DNA of 59,500 nt, from the NCBI GenBank assembly GCA_044342075.1, contig JBIIQM010000005.1, forward strand, positions 1 through 59,500. The letters are read 5' to 3'. How positions within the stretch are numbered: position 1 is the stretch's first letter; each line of letters begins with the position of its first letter. The notes under the pieces were generated by a model. It searched no databases. It was not told where the DNA came from and was given only the letters and a program-made list of their open reading frames with translations. The translations under genes were made by a program, and so were the position numbers. This stretch comes from Pirellulales bacterium (lineage in GTDB: Bacteria; Planctomycetota; Planctomycetia; Pirellulales; UBA1268). Positions 30,604-40,013 of the stretch are shown in pieces.

Positions 30604-31788
30604 ATGCCAGCAAGCAATCGCGATGCCTCCGCCGCGCCGGCCGTCGTGATCCTCGGGGCAAGCGCGCGTGCGGCCGCGGCCTCGGCGGCGCGGGCGGGCT
30701 GGACCGTGCATGCCGCCGACCTCTTCTGCGATGCGGATCTCGCGATCGTGGCCGGGTCTTGCCGGCGCGTGACCGACTATCCGGGGGGCCTGCTCACCGC
30801 TGCCGCCGGGTTTCCCATGGCGGCATGGTGTTATACGGGCGCGGTCGAGAACCATCCCGATCTCATCGATCAGATCACGGCGACGAGGCCGCTGGCCGGC
30901 AATCCGGCCGCCGTCGTGCGGCGCGTCCGCGACCCCGCGATCCTTGCGGCGGCGCTCGCCGACGCTGGGCTACGATTTCCTGAGACGTTCCCCACGGCCG
31001 TCGGAGTGCCCACCGACGGCTCATTCGTCTCGAAGCCGCGATCGAGCGCCGGTGGCCACGGCATCGTCCGCTGGACTGAAGCCGCCGCGGGCGGCGATCG
31101 CGGTTTGGCAACGCACCTCTGGCAGCGCTGGGTCGACGGCCTCCCGATGGCGGCCGCGTATTGCCTCGGGGAACGCGGCGCCATGCTCCTGGGTGCGAGC
31201 CGACAGTTGCTCGGCGCGGCATGGTGCCATGCCGCGCCCCATGCCTACTGCGGGTCGGTCGGTATGCCGCTCGAATGGCTGCACGACCGGGTTCGAAACG
31301 ACCTCGAGCGGCTCGGCTGCCTGCTCGCCGAAACGTTCGGCCTGGTCGGTGCGGTGGGCGTCGACTTCATCCTCGGCGCCGACGATTCGATCACCGTCAT
31401 CGAGGTGAACCCGAGGCCCACCGCCTCGATGGAGCTCGTGGAGCGGGCGACCGGCGAATCGATCGCAGGAGCGCACTTCGCTGCCTGTGGATTCGCGCCG
31501 CCGGCGCCGCCGGCGGCCGGCGCGTCGCCCGGCATCTGGTCGAAGGCGATCCTCTTCGCCGTTCGGGATCTCGCGATCGACGAACCGCTGCTCGACCGCC
31601 TGCAACGGCTCGCCCACTCATGGACGCACGACGACGGCTGGCCCGCCCTCGCCGACATCCCGCAGCCGGGGCAGACGCTCGCGCGAGGACGGCCGGTCAT
31701 CACGATCTTCGCGCGGGGAACGTCGCCGGAGGATTCCTACGAGCGGCTCGTCGGGCGCACGAAGAGCCTCGGCGACTGCCTCATGTAG
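30604..31788 (+). CDS. ATP-grasp carboligase of H4MPT/methanofuran gene clusters (COG2232-like)
   Basis: ILGASARAAA, DLFCDAD, KPRSSAGG, WQRWVDG, GVDFI, IEVNPRPTASME; divergent from fae. Confidence 0.82.
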   Translation: MPASNRDASAAPAVVILGASARAAAASAARAGWTVHAADLFCDADLAIVAGSCRRVTDYPGGLLTAAAGFPMAAWCYTGAVENHPDLIDQITATRPLAGNPAAVVRRVRDPAILAAALADAGLRFPETFPTAVGVPTDGSFVSKPRSSAGGHGIVRWTEAAAGGDRGLATHLWQRWVDGLPMAAAYCLGERGAMLLGASRQLLGAAWCHAAPHAYCGSVGMPLEWLHDRVRNDLERLGCLLAETFGLVGAVGVDFILGADDSITVIEVNPRPTASMELVERATGESIAGAHFAACGFAPPAPPAAGASPGIWSKAILFAVRDLAIDEPLLDRLQRLAHSWTHDDGWPALADIPQPGQTLARGRPVITIFARGTSPEDSYERLVGRTKSLGDCLM

Positions 31789-31831
31789 GGCAGGCTTCAG
31801 CCTGCCTGCGACAGGCTGAAGCCTGTCCTAC
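31785..31831. repeat. GTAG-type REP doublet, copy 3
   Basis: GTAGGGCAGGCTTCAGCCTGCC-TGC-GACAGGCTGAAGCCTGTCCTAC. Confidence 0.92.
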
Positions 31832-31839
31832 AGGGGGCC

Positions 31840-32349
31840 TCACCCGGCGAGGCGGCGCGGCATCGATTCCTCGGCGGCGGCGGCCGGCAGCACGAATTGC
31901 ATCAGGTAGGCGTCTTCGGTCGTGTCTTGATAGAAGTCCTTGAGCACCGAGATCGCCCGGTAGCCGAGCGTGCGGAAGAAGAGCTGGGCCGGGAGGTTGC
32001 GCTCGCGGACCTCGAGCACGATCCGGCTGCGGCGCTCGGGCGTGAGCTTGCCGACGAGCTTTTCCATCATCTGCGTGCCAACGCCGAGGCGGCGGTGCGA
32101 GCGGCGCACGGCGAAGTTGAGCACGTGGAGCCGCGAGCGGTGGAGCTCGTAAATCATGAAGGCGACGACCGAATCGGCCATTTCCGCCACCATGCCGATG
32201 CAATTCCGCTGCCGCATGCACCGCGTGAAGTCGTCGTCGGACCAGGGAAACTCGAAGGCCTCCTGCTCGATCTCCAAGACCTCGGTCATGTCGCGGCGGA
32301 TCATCCAGCGGACGTGAATCTGCAGACGTTCTTGTTCCGAGGTCGCCAC
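31840..32349 (-). CDS. rimI: Ribosomal-protein-alanine N-acetyltransferase RimI
   Basis: LEIEQEAFEFPW, HVLNFAV, RRLGVG, LEVRERNLPAQLFF, FYQDTTEDAYLM; GTG start at 32349 behind GGAG. Confidence 0.92.
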   Translation of the reverse strand: MATSEQERLQIHVRWMIRRDMTEVLEIEQEAFEFPWSDDDFTRCMRQRNCIGMVAEMADSVVAFMIYELHRSRLHVLNFAVRRSHRRLGVGTQMMEKLVGKLTPERRSRIVLEVRERNLPAQLFFRTLGYRAISVLKDFYQDTTEDAYLMQFVLPAAAAEESMPRRLAG

Positions 32350-32545
32350 GGTCGCATCACTCCAAGGGGGCACGGTTTTCCGTTCGGGGGCGGGACCGTA
32401 GCAGCCGCTCCGGTCGCCGCCAAGACGATTCCCAGGCGGGTTGGCCGGGGCTTTCGCTGGCGAAACAACCTTGACCCTCCGCCGCGCGGCACCTACTCTC
32501 CCGCCGCATTTTCGCCGCATTCCCTTCAGAGCGAAGCCGCCCGCG

Positions 32546-34261
32546 ATGCGACCCACACGATACCCCACCGCAATCCTGTTCCTCGTGGCTCTCTCCGGCC
32601 TGGCGGCCGGCTGCGCGGGACCGGCGATCCGCAGCCAGAGCCCCGAGGTCGAGGCGCTCATCAACCTCGAGGCCGACACCAAGCACGTCGGCGATTACGC
32701 CACGCCCTGGGGCACCGCGCCGCAACGGATCGAGCGGGCGGCGCTCGTCACCGGGCTCCCGGGCACCGGCAGCGATCCGCCGCCCGGCCTGCAACGGCAG
32801 TCGCTCATGGCCGACATGCAGTCGCGCGGCGTCGTCGAGCCCAACAAGTTGCTTGCCTCGCCGTCGACGGCGCTCGTCTGGGTGCATGCCTACCTGCCCC
32901 CCGGCGTGCAGAAGGGGGATCGTTTCGACATCCACGTGGAAGTGCCGCCGGACAACGACACCACGAGCATCGCCAACGGCTGGCTGATGGAGACGCGGCT
33001 CGCCGAGATGGCGGTGCTGGGCAACCGAGTGCGCGACGGCCACGTGCTCGGCGTGGCGGAAGGGCCGCTGCTCGTCGATCCCGTCTCGATGGGCACGCTC
33101 GACTCGAAGGCGAAACTCCGCGCCCGGGTGCCGGGCGGCGGTGTCTCGCTCACCTCGCGGTCGATCGGCCTGATCCTCGCCCCGGAACACCGGTCCGTCG
33201 CGCTCTCCAAGCGGCTTGGCGACACCATCAACAAGCGTTTCCATGCCGTGATCAAGGGGAGCAAACGCGGCGTCGCCACGCCGAAGACCGACCGCTTCGT
33301 CGAACTCGAGGTGCCGCCGGTCTATAAGCGGAATCTCGACCGCTACATCCGCGTGATCCGCGCCGTGGCCGTGGTGGAGCCGCCCGCCGGACGGCATGCC
33401 CGGCTCGAACTGCTCGACCGCCAACTGGCGGATCCGGTCACCGCGCCGTCGGCCGCGCTGCGGCTCGAGGCGATCGGCAAGGAAGCGATCCCCACGCTCC
33501 GCAAGGGACTCGAGTCGAAGGATGCCGAGGTGCGGTTCGCCGCGGCCGAGGCCCTGGCCTACCTCGGCGAATCGGTGGCCGCGAGCCACCTGGCCGACGC
33601 CGCAGGCAGCCTGCGCAGCGCCCGCCCCGCGGCGATCGCCGCCCTCGGCGTGCTCGACGACGCCAACGGCATCGACGCCCTGCAGGGACTCCTCTCGAGC
33701 GTCAGCGCGGAAACGCGTTATGGCGCCTTCCATGCCCTCTGGCAGATGGATTCGTCCGCACCGCTCATCCGCGGCGAGAAGCTCGCAGATGCTTGCTCGC
33801 TCCACGTGCTCGACGTGGAGGGGCCACCGCTCGTCCATATCACGCGCAGCCGCCGCCCCGAGATCGTGCTCTTCGGCGTCGAACACCCGCTGGCCGACGG
33901 CCTCCGCGCCGAAGCCGGGCCGTCGATCGTCGTGGTCGTCGAGTCGGGCCGGGCCGCCATCAGCTGCTTCGTGGCCGGGCAGCCTGACCAGAAGCTCGAC
34001 GTGCCCGCGCGAGTCGATGAGGTCGTCCGGGCGATCGTGCAGCTGGGCGGCACCTATCCCGATGCGGTGCAGTTTCTCCAGCAGGCGAGCTCGAGCCGCT
34101 GCCTCGACAGCCGGCTCGCCTTCGACGCCCTGCCGGCCGCCGACGACGGCCGCATGAGCCTCCACCAGGAGGCGACCCAGCGCGGCCGCGAAACGCCCGA
34201 CGACAACGACACCGCCCGCGATGACGCCCCCAGGAGCGACCGCACGGACGAGTCGTCATGA
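32546..34261 (+). CDS. FlgI (P-ring)-like lipoprotein with HEAT-like repeats
   Basis: Lipobox LAAGC; LVTGLPGTGSD, A(L)VWV..LPP, GDRFDIHV, GWLMETRL FlgI-like motifs; helical repeats EVRFAAAEALAYLG. Confidence 0.75.
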   Translation: MRPTRYPTAILFLVALSGLAAGCAGPAIRSQSPEVEALINLEADTKHVGDYATPWGTAPQRIERAALVTGLPGTGSDPPPGLQRQSLMADMQSRGVVEPNKLLASPSTALVWVHAYLPPGVQKGDRFDIHVEVPPDNDTTSIANGWLMETRLAEMAVLGNRVRDGHVLGVAEGPLLVDPVSMGTLDSKAKLRARVPGGGVSLTSRSIGLILAPEHRSVALSKRLGDTINKRFHAVIKGSKRGVATPKTDRFVELEVPPVYKRNLDRYIRVIRAVAVVEPPAGRHARLELLDRQLADPVTAPSAALRLEAIGKEAIPTLRKGLESKDAEVRFAAAEALAYLGESVAASHLADAAGSLRSARPAAIAALGVLDDANGIDALQGLLSSVSAETRYGAFHALWQMDSSAPLIRGEKLADACSLHVLDVEGPPLVHITRSRRPEIVLFGVEHPLADGLRAEAGPSIVVVVESGRAAISCFVAGQPDQKLDVPARVDEVVRAIVQLGGTYPDAVQFLQQASSSRCLDSRLAFDALPAADDGRMSLHQEATQRGRETPDDNDTARDDAPRSDRTDESS

Positions 34262-37200
34262 CCAGGCTCAAAGCACTCGAACTGTTCGGCTTCAAAAGCT
34301 TCGCCGACCGGACGCGCTTCGAGTTTCCCGAGGGCATCACGGTCGTCGTCGGCCCGAACGGCTCCGGCAAATCCAACGTCGTCGACGCCATCAAGTGGGT
34401 GCTCGGCGAGCAGTCGATGCGCAGCCTCCGCGGCCGCGATGCGACCGACGTGATTTTCGCCGGCTCCGTGTCGCGCAAGCCGCTCAATGCCGCCGAGACG
34501 TCGCTCATCTTCGACAATTCCGCCCGTGCGCTGCCCGTCGAGCAGGACGAGGTGCAGATCACGCGGCGCGTCTATCGCAGCGGCGAGAGCGAATACCTCG
34601 TCAACGGCGAGATCTCGCGGCTGCGCGACATCCGCGAACTCTTCTCGGGAACGGGCGCCGCGACGGAGGCTTACAGCGTCATCGAACAGGGACGCGTCGA
34701 CGCGCTGCTCGTGGCGTCGGGCCGCGACCGCCGGGCCGTCTTCGAGGAGGCTGCGGGCATCACGAAATTCCGCGCCCGCCGGACCGAGTCGCTGCGGCGG
34801 CTCGAGCGCACCGAGCAAAACCGGCAGCGGCTCGCCGACATCGTCGGCGAGGTGTCGAGCCGGCTCGACACCGTGCGGCATCAGGCCGCGCGGGCCCGCC
34901 GCTATCGCTTGATGACCGACCGGCTGCGCACGCTGCGGCTGTCCGCCGCGGCGGAGGATCTGGCCGAGGTCGATGCCTCGGTGGCGGCCGTCGATGCGGC
35001 GCTCGCCGCGCTGCGGCAGGATTTCGCCACGGCCGAGGCCGAGGCGACCCTCGCCGCCGGACGCACCGCCGAACTCGAACGCATCCAATACGACCTCGCG
35101 CCCCGTCTGGCCGACGCGCAAGACCGCGTCACGGCCGACAAGCAGCGGGCGGCCGCCGCCGAAGCCACGCTCGCACTCCTGCGGCAGCGGCGCGCGGAGA
35201 TCGAGGGAGACGTGGCCCGGCACGAGGCGGGCGCGCGCGAGGCGGCCCAACGGCTGCGCGACGCGGTCGGCGCGGTGGAGGATGCCCGCGACCAGGCCGA
35301 GACGATTCAAGCCGAGCTCTCCCGCATCCACGCCGAACTGGCCTCCCACGAGCAGGCCGCCGCCGGCTCCCACCAACACGTCGCCGACCTCCGCGGCCGG
35401 CTGGCCGAGCAGTCCGCCCGCGGCGCCGAGCTCGAGCGGCGACGCCTCCGGCTCGAGTCCGACGCCGACCGCGCGGCCGCCAGCGTCGAAGAAGCGCGGC
35501 GGCGAATCGACGCCGGCCGCGAAAAAATAGACGCCGCCCGCCGGCAGCAGGCGCTGCTCGCCGAATCGATCGCCACCCGGGAAGGCAATGTCGCCGCGCT
35601 CGCGGCGCGGCTCACCGCGACGGATCGCGAGATGGCAGCGCTCGAGGCCGAGCAGCGCGAGCGGGCCATCGCGCTCGATCAGGCCTGGCGCGATCTGGCC
35701 GGCTGGCAGGCCAAGCTCGAAGCATGCCTCGAACGCAAGGGCATGCTCGAAGAACTGGTGGGCCGGCACGAAGGGCTTTCCGACGCGGCGAAGCGGCTGG
35801 TCGGTTCCGAGTCGGCCCAGTCGGCGGTGCCGGGACTGCATGGTGTGCTCGGCGACTTGATCGACGCCCCCGTGGGCTGGGCTCACCTCGTCGACCTCGC
35901 ACTCAGGGATCGTGCCCAGAGCCTCGTCGTCGATTCGCTCGACGATCTCGTCCGCTGGTTTTCCCTCTGGTCCGATTCGGCCGAGGCGCAGGCGACGCTC
36001 GTGGCCGGCGGCCGCGTCAGCTTCACGGCGCTGGACGATTCGCAAGAGGCTGCCGCCGAAGGCTTCGATGCCTCGGGGCATCCCGGCGTGGTCGGCAGGC
36101 TCGACCGGCTCGTCGAGACGGAGCATGCGTCGGACCGCCACCGGCAGATCGCCCGCCGCTGGCTCGGCAGGGTGTGGGTGGTCGAGCGACTCGACCACGC
36201 GGAGGCTCTTGTGCGGGTGGCGCCGGCGGGAGTGCTCGTCGTCACACGCGGCGGCCAATGCCTCTCGACCGACGGCACGTTCGAGATCGGCACGCCCGCC
36301 GCGGCCAGCGGGATCGTCAGCCGCCGCAGCGAGCTGAGGGCGGTCACGACGCGGCACGAGGAACTCACCCGCACCGTCGCGGCCACCGCCGAGTCGATCA
36401 ACGGCCTGCAGGCGGAACTTGCCGAACTGCAGCAATCGATCCGGCGGCTCCATGCCCGCCGGCAGCAGGAGGCGGACACCATCGCCTCGTCCCGCGCCGA
36501 ATTCGAGCGGCTCACGCGCGACCGTTCGGCCGGCAGCCAGTCGCTCGCCGCCGCCGAGGCCGCCGCGGTCGACGCGGAGCGGGATGCCGTCGCGCTCGCC
36601 CAAGCCCGCGAGGCGGCCGACACCGCGCTCGCCGAGCATCTGGCGGCATTGGAAGCGACCCGGCGGGACATCGCCGCGACGCAATCCGCCCTCGACTCGC
36701 TCGATCGCGATCGCGGCGAGGTGATCGACGCCATCCATCGGCTGCGGATCGAGCAGGCCACCAGCCAGGAGCGGCTCGCCCGCAGCCACGATGCCGTCTC
36801 CACCCGCCGCGGCGACCTCGAAGCCCGCCGCGCCGATCTGGAAGCTGCCCGCGACCGCCGCGCCGTCGCCGAGCAGCGGCTCGACAGCCTCGATTCGGAA
36901 CTCCTCGCCGCGCAATCGGCATTCGCCGAGGCGATGACCGCCGCCGAACGATCGGGGAACGAGCTCGCCGAGTTCACCGCCACTCGCGATGCGCTCCTCA
37001 CCGACAAGGCAGCCTCGAATGCCGCCGCGGAGGCCGGCCGCGCCGCAGCCACCCGGTTCGGCGAGGCGATCCACACGCAGGAACTCGATGCGGGCGAGGC
37101 CCGCCACCGCCGGGCCCGGATCATCGAACGCATCCGCGACGAATACGACCTCGATATCGAAGCCGAGATTCGAACGCGGGCCGAGCACGAAGCGGCCGCC

Positions 37201-37929
37201 GGCCCGGAGACGCCGGCCGATGCGGCGCCGATCCCTGCCACGCGGCCGGAACTCGACGCGGAGATCGAGGAGCTGCGGCGGAAGCTCGCCTCGATGACCT
37301 CCGTGAACCTCGAGGCGTTGGCGGAGGCGGAGGCGCTCGCCGAACGGCTCGCCACGCTCGAGGCCCAGCTCGCCGACGTGACGAATGCGAAGCAGTCGAT
37401 CGAGCAGCTCATCGCGCGGATCGACGACGAGAGCCGCCGGCTCCTCGGCGAGACGATCGAGACCGTCCGCGGCCATTTCCGTGAACTCTTCGAGCGGGTC
37501 TTCGGCGGCGGTCAGGCCGACATCGTCCTCGACCCCGAGATGGACCTGCTCGACACCACCGTCGAGATCGTGGCCCGCCCACCCGGCAAGGAACCGCGCA
37601 GCATCTCGCTCCTATCCGGCGGCGAGAAGACGATGACCTGCGTCGCCCTGCTCCTGGCGATCTTCCGGTCGCGGCCGAGCCCCTTCTGCGTGCTCGACGA
37701 GGTCGATGCCGCGCTCGACGAGGCCAACGTGGATCGCTTCGTGGGGGTGCTGCGCGACTTTCTCTCGTCCACCCAGTTCATCATCGTCACCCATTCGAAA
37801 AAGACGATGGCGGCGGCGAACACCCTCTACGGGGTCACGATGGAGGAGTCGGGCGTCTCGAAGCGGGTTTCCGTCCGGTTCGAGCCGCACGCTGCCGTGG
37901 CCAGCCGGCCCGCGGCCAAGGCCGCGTAA
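34258..37929 (+). CDS. smc: Chromosome segregation protein SMC
   Basis: GFKSF, VVGPNGSGKSN, hinge GLHGVLGDLI, LSGGEKT, LDEVDAALD, THSK. Confidence 0.97.
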   Translation: MTRLKALELFGFKSFADRTRFEFPEGITVVVGPNGSGKSNVVDAIKWVLGEQSMRSLRGRDATDVIFAGSVSRKPLNAAETSLIFDNSARALPVEQDEVQITRRVYRSGESEYLVNGEISRLRDIRELFSGTGAATEAYSVIEQGRVDALLVASGRDRRAVFEEAAGITKFRARRTESLRRLERTEQNRQRLADIVGEVSSRLDTVRHQAARARRYRLMTDRLRTLRLSAAAEDLAEVDASVAAVDAALAALRQDFATAEAEATLAAGRTAELERIQYDLAPRLADAQDRVTADKQRAAAAEATLALLRQRRAEIEGDVARHEAGAREAAQRLRDAVGAVEDARDQAETIQAELSRIHAELASHEQAAAGSHQHVADLRGRLAEQSARGAELERRRLRLESDADRAAASVEEARRRIDAGREKIDAARRQQALLAESIATREGNVAALAARLTATDREMAALEAEQRERAIALDQAWRDLAGWQAKLEACLERKGMLEELVGRHEGLSDAAKRLVGSESAQSAVPGLHGVLGDLIDAPVGWAHLVDLALRDRAQSLVVDSLDDLVRWFSLWSDSAEAQATLVAGGRVSFTALDDSQEAAAEGFDASGHPGVVGRLDRLVETEHASDRHRQIARRWLGRVWVVERLDHAEALVRVAPAGVLVVTRGGQCLSTDGTFEIGTPAAASGIVSRRSELRAVTTRHEELTRTVAATAESINGLQAELAELQQSIRRLHARRQQEADTIASSRAEFERLTRDRSAGSQSLAAAEAAAVDAERDAVALAQAREAADTALAEHLAALEATRRDIAATQSALDSLDRDRGEVIDAIHRLRIEQATSQERLARSHDAVSTRRGDLEARRADLEAARDRRAVAEQRLDSLDSELLAAQSAFAEAMTAAERSGNELAEFTATRDALLTDKAASNAAAEAGRAAATRFGEAIHTQELDAGEARHRRARIIERIRDEYDLDIEAEIRTRAEHEAAAGPETPADAAPIPATRPELDAEIEELRRKLASMTSVNLEALAEAEALAERLATLEAQLADVTNAKQSIEQLIARIDDESRRLLGETIETVRGHFRELFERVFGGGQADIVLDPEMDLLDTTVEIVARPPGKEPRSISLLSGGEKTMTCVALLLAIFRSRPSPFCVLDEVDAALDEANVDRFVGVLRDFLSSTQFIIVTHSKKTMAAANTLYGVTMEESGVSKRVSVRFEPHAAVASRPAAKAA

Positions 37930-38087
37930 AGCAGCGAAAAACACCGGGCAACAGCCGTTGCAACCGGTCCCACGGTCCTGTCCCCGACATGCGCACCACC
38001 CGGTGCCACCGTCCTTTTCGCGAAGAACGTCTCAAGTCTCACCACAGGATCTTTCGATCTACCCTCTCGGACGGTCATGCCGCGAAC

Positions 38088-38338
38088 GTGTCCGGGTTGA
38101 ACCCGAGCCCGTTTCAGCGGTGTGGATGCAGGGGGGGATACCTGCGAGTCGCCGCGTCCGGCGGAAGCATCCTTCGGGTTGCCTCCCCGCCGTTCGCCTT
38201 CTCAGAGCCCCCTCTCTGCAGCCAGCCGGCCTGCATGGGGCGCGACGACGCGGTCAAACCCCAAGGCAAGCGAACCGCGTCAGGGGGGCTGTGTCCGTTA
38301 CCCGAAAGGGACGGGCTGGCCAAATCGGTTCCGGACAC
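38088..38338 (+). ncRNA. Candidate structured RNA (unassigned), 5-prime of the Xis-HTH/receiver gene
   Basis: Nested helices GTGTCCGG/CCGGACAC, AGCCCGT/ACGGGCT, AGCCCCC/GGGGGCT, GACGCGGT/ACCGCGTC, a C-UUCG-G hairpin and a CCC-GAAA-GGG hairpin. Confidence 0.55.
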
Positions 38339-38363
38339 AAAAGATCGAAATGGAGTTGTTGCG

Positions 38364-38936
38364 ATGAAGGTTTTCACGACAGGCCAGGTCGCCAAGATCT
38401 GTAAAGTTGCTCCCCGCACGGTGAGCAAGTGGTTCGATTCCGGTCGCCTGAAGGGCTACCGCATCCCCGGCTCGCAGGATCGCCGCATCCCGCGGGAATA
38501 CCTGATCAAGTTTCTGAAAGAGCACGGCATGCCGCTGGGCGACCTCGAAGACGAGGCGATGGCGAAGGTGCTGCTCGTCGGCCAGGACCAGGTCCTGATC
38601 GAAAACCTGAAGAAGCACCTGCCGGTCGAGAAGTCGTTCAAGATCCAGGTCGCCGCGAGCGGCTTCGAGGCCGGCATCCAGGCCGAGAGCTTCCACCCGG
38701 ACTGCATCGTGGTGGACTACGCGATCGGCCGGATCGACGCCCAGCAGATCTGCCAGAACCTCCGTCGCAACACGGAATATGCCGACACGATCGTGATCGC
38801 CCTGCTGCCGGACGACGGCTCGCAGATCACGGTCGATCGGGCCCACGTCAACGAGAGCTTCAAGAAGCCCTTCGACGTGGCCCTGCTCGCCGAGCGGCTC
38901 CGCACGCTGATCGGCGCCCGCAAAGAACTGGTCTGA
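38364..38936 (+). CDS. Excisionase-type HTH fused to an atypical receiver domain
   Basis: FTTGQVAKICKVAPRTVSKWFDSGRLKGYRIPG HTH; receiver-like VLLVGQD...VVDY...KKPFD; SD GGAG at 38352. Confidence 0.85.
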   Translation: MKVFTTGQVAKICKVAPRTVSKWFDSGRLKGYRIPGSQDRRIPREYLIKFLKEHGMPLGDLEDEAMAKVLLVGQDQVLIENLKKHLPVEKSFKIQVAASGFEAGIQAESFHPDCIVVDYAIGRIDAQQICQNLRRNTEYADTIVIALLPDDGSQITVDRAHVNESFKKPFDVALLAERLRTLIGARKELV

Positions 38937-39034
38937 TCGCCGTCCGGGCGGACTGACACCTCGATTTGCTTCGACTCCATTCCCGCGGGCCGGTGCGCAC
39001 GACGCACCGGCCTGCGGCGTTTATACTCGCCCGC

Positions 39035-39490
39035 ATGAGCGATCTTCCCCACGGCATCCGAATGATCGACGTCGGCGAAAAGCCCGTCTCGCTGCGGACC
39101 GCGCGGGCCACCGGCCGGCTCCGCGCCCTGCCCGAGACAATCCGCCGCATCCGCGCCGGCGAACTCGAAAAGGGCGACGCCGTCGCCACGGCGCGGATCG
39201 CGGGCATCATGGCGGCGAAGCGCACGAGCGACATCATCCCGCTCTGCCACCCGCTGCCGCTCGATTCGGTGACGCTCACGATCGGCTTCGAGGACGCGGC
39301 CGTCACGATCGAGGCCGTCGTGCGGGCCACCGCCCGCACGGGCGTCGAAATGGAGGCGCTCGTCGCCGTCACCGCCGCGGGGCTCGCGATCTACGACATG
39401 GCGAAGTCGATCGATCCCGCGATGACCCTCGACGCGGTGCAGCTCGAGGAAAAGACCGGCGGAGTTCGAGGGGATTACGTCCGTTCCTGA
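39035..39490 (+). CDS. moaC: Cyclic pyranopterin monophosphate synthase MoaC
   Basis: MIDVGEK, KGDA, AAKRTSDIIPLCHP, TGVEMEAL, IYDMAK. Confidence 0.96.
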   Translation: MSDLPHGIRMIDVGEKPVSLRTARATGRLRALPETIRRIRAGELEKGDAVATARIAGIMAAKRTSDIIPLCHPLPLDSVTLTIGFEDAAVTIEAVVRATARTGVEMEALVAVTAAGLAIYDMAKSIDPAMTLDAVQLEEKTGGVRGDYVRS

Positions 39491-39948
39491 AGATTCGTCT
39501 CGGCGAGGATCGGCTCGAGCTCTTCGACGAAGTCGCGAACGTCCTGAAACTCGCGGTAGACGCTGGCGAACCGCACGTAGGCCACCTGGTCGATCGTGCG
39601 CAAAAGCTCCATCAGCCGCTCGCCGAGCACGCGGCTCGGCACTTCGCTCTCGTAGTTGCCGTAAAGCTCCGCTTCGAGCGACGTGACCGCGCCCTCGATG
39701 TCTTCCTCGGTGACGGGCCGCTTCCAGCAGGCCTTGGCGAGCCCGCGCTTGATCTTGTCGCGATCGAAGGGCTCGCGGACGCCCCCCTTCTTCACCACGG
39801 AGAGCAGCTGCCGCTCCACCCGCTCGTAGGTCGTAAACCGCTTCCGGCAGCCGACGCATTCACGGCGGCGACGGATCGAGGCGCCGTCGTCTCCGGCGCG
39901 AGAATCGATCACTCGGTCGTTGTCGGTGCGGCAGAAGGGGCAACGCAT
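39475..39948 (-). CDS. nrdR: Transcriptional repressor NrdR
   Basis: MRCPFC..RVIDSR, IRRRRECVGC, RFTTYE, ATP cone, VAYVRFASVY. Confidence 0.97.
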   Translation of the reverse strand: MRCPFCRTDNDRVIDSRAGDDGASIRRRRECVGCRKRFTTYERVERQLLSVVKKGGVREPFDRDKIKRGLAKACWKRPVTEEDIEGAVTSLEAELYGNYESEVPSRVLGERLMELLRTIDQVAYVRFASVYREFQDVRDFVEELEPILAETNLQERT

Positions 39949-40013
39949 GGTGGGCAGGCTCTCGGCGGTGATACGCATCCTACGAGCGGCCGCGGAAAAC
40001 CGGCAAGTCGGCG

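Noticed and set aside
38101-38119. CCCGAGCCCGT..CAGC resembles the 3-prime part of the c-di-AMP (ydaO) riboswitch
   Set aside because: The upstream GCTGAATCC, GGGGTGAA and GGTAGGG elements are absent
38291-38338. CCC-GAAA-GGGACG resembles part of the c-di-GMP-I riboswitch
   Set aside because: The GCAAA, tetraloop receptor and second stem are missing; kept only as part of the unassigned RNA
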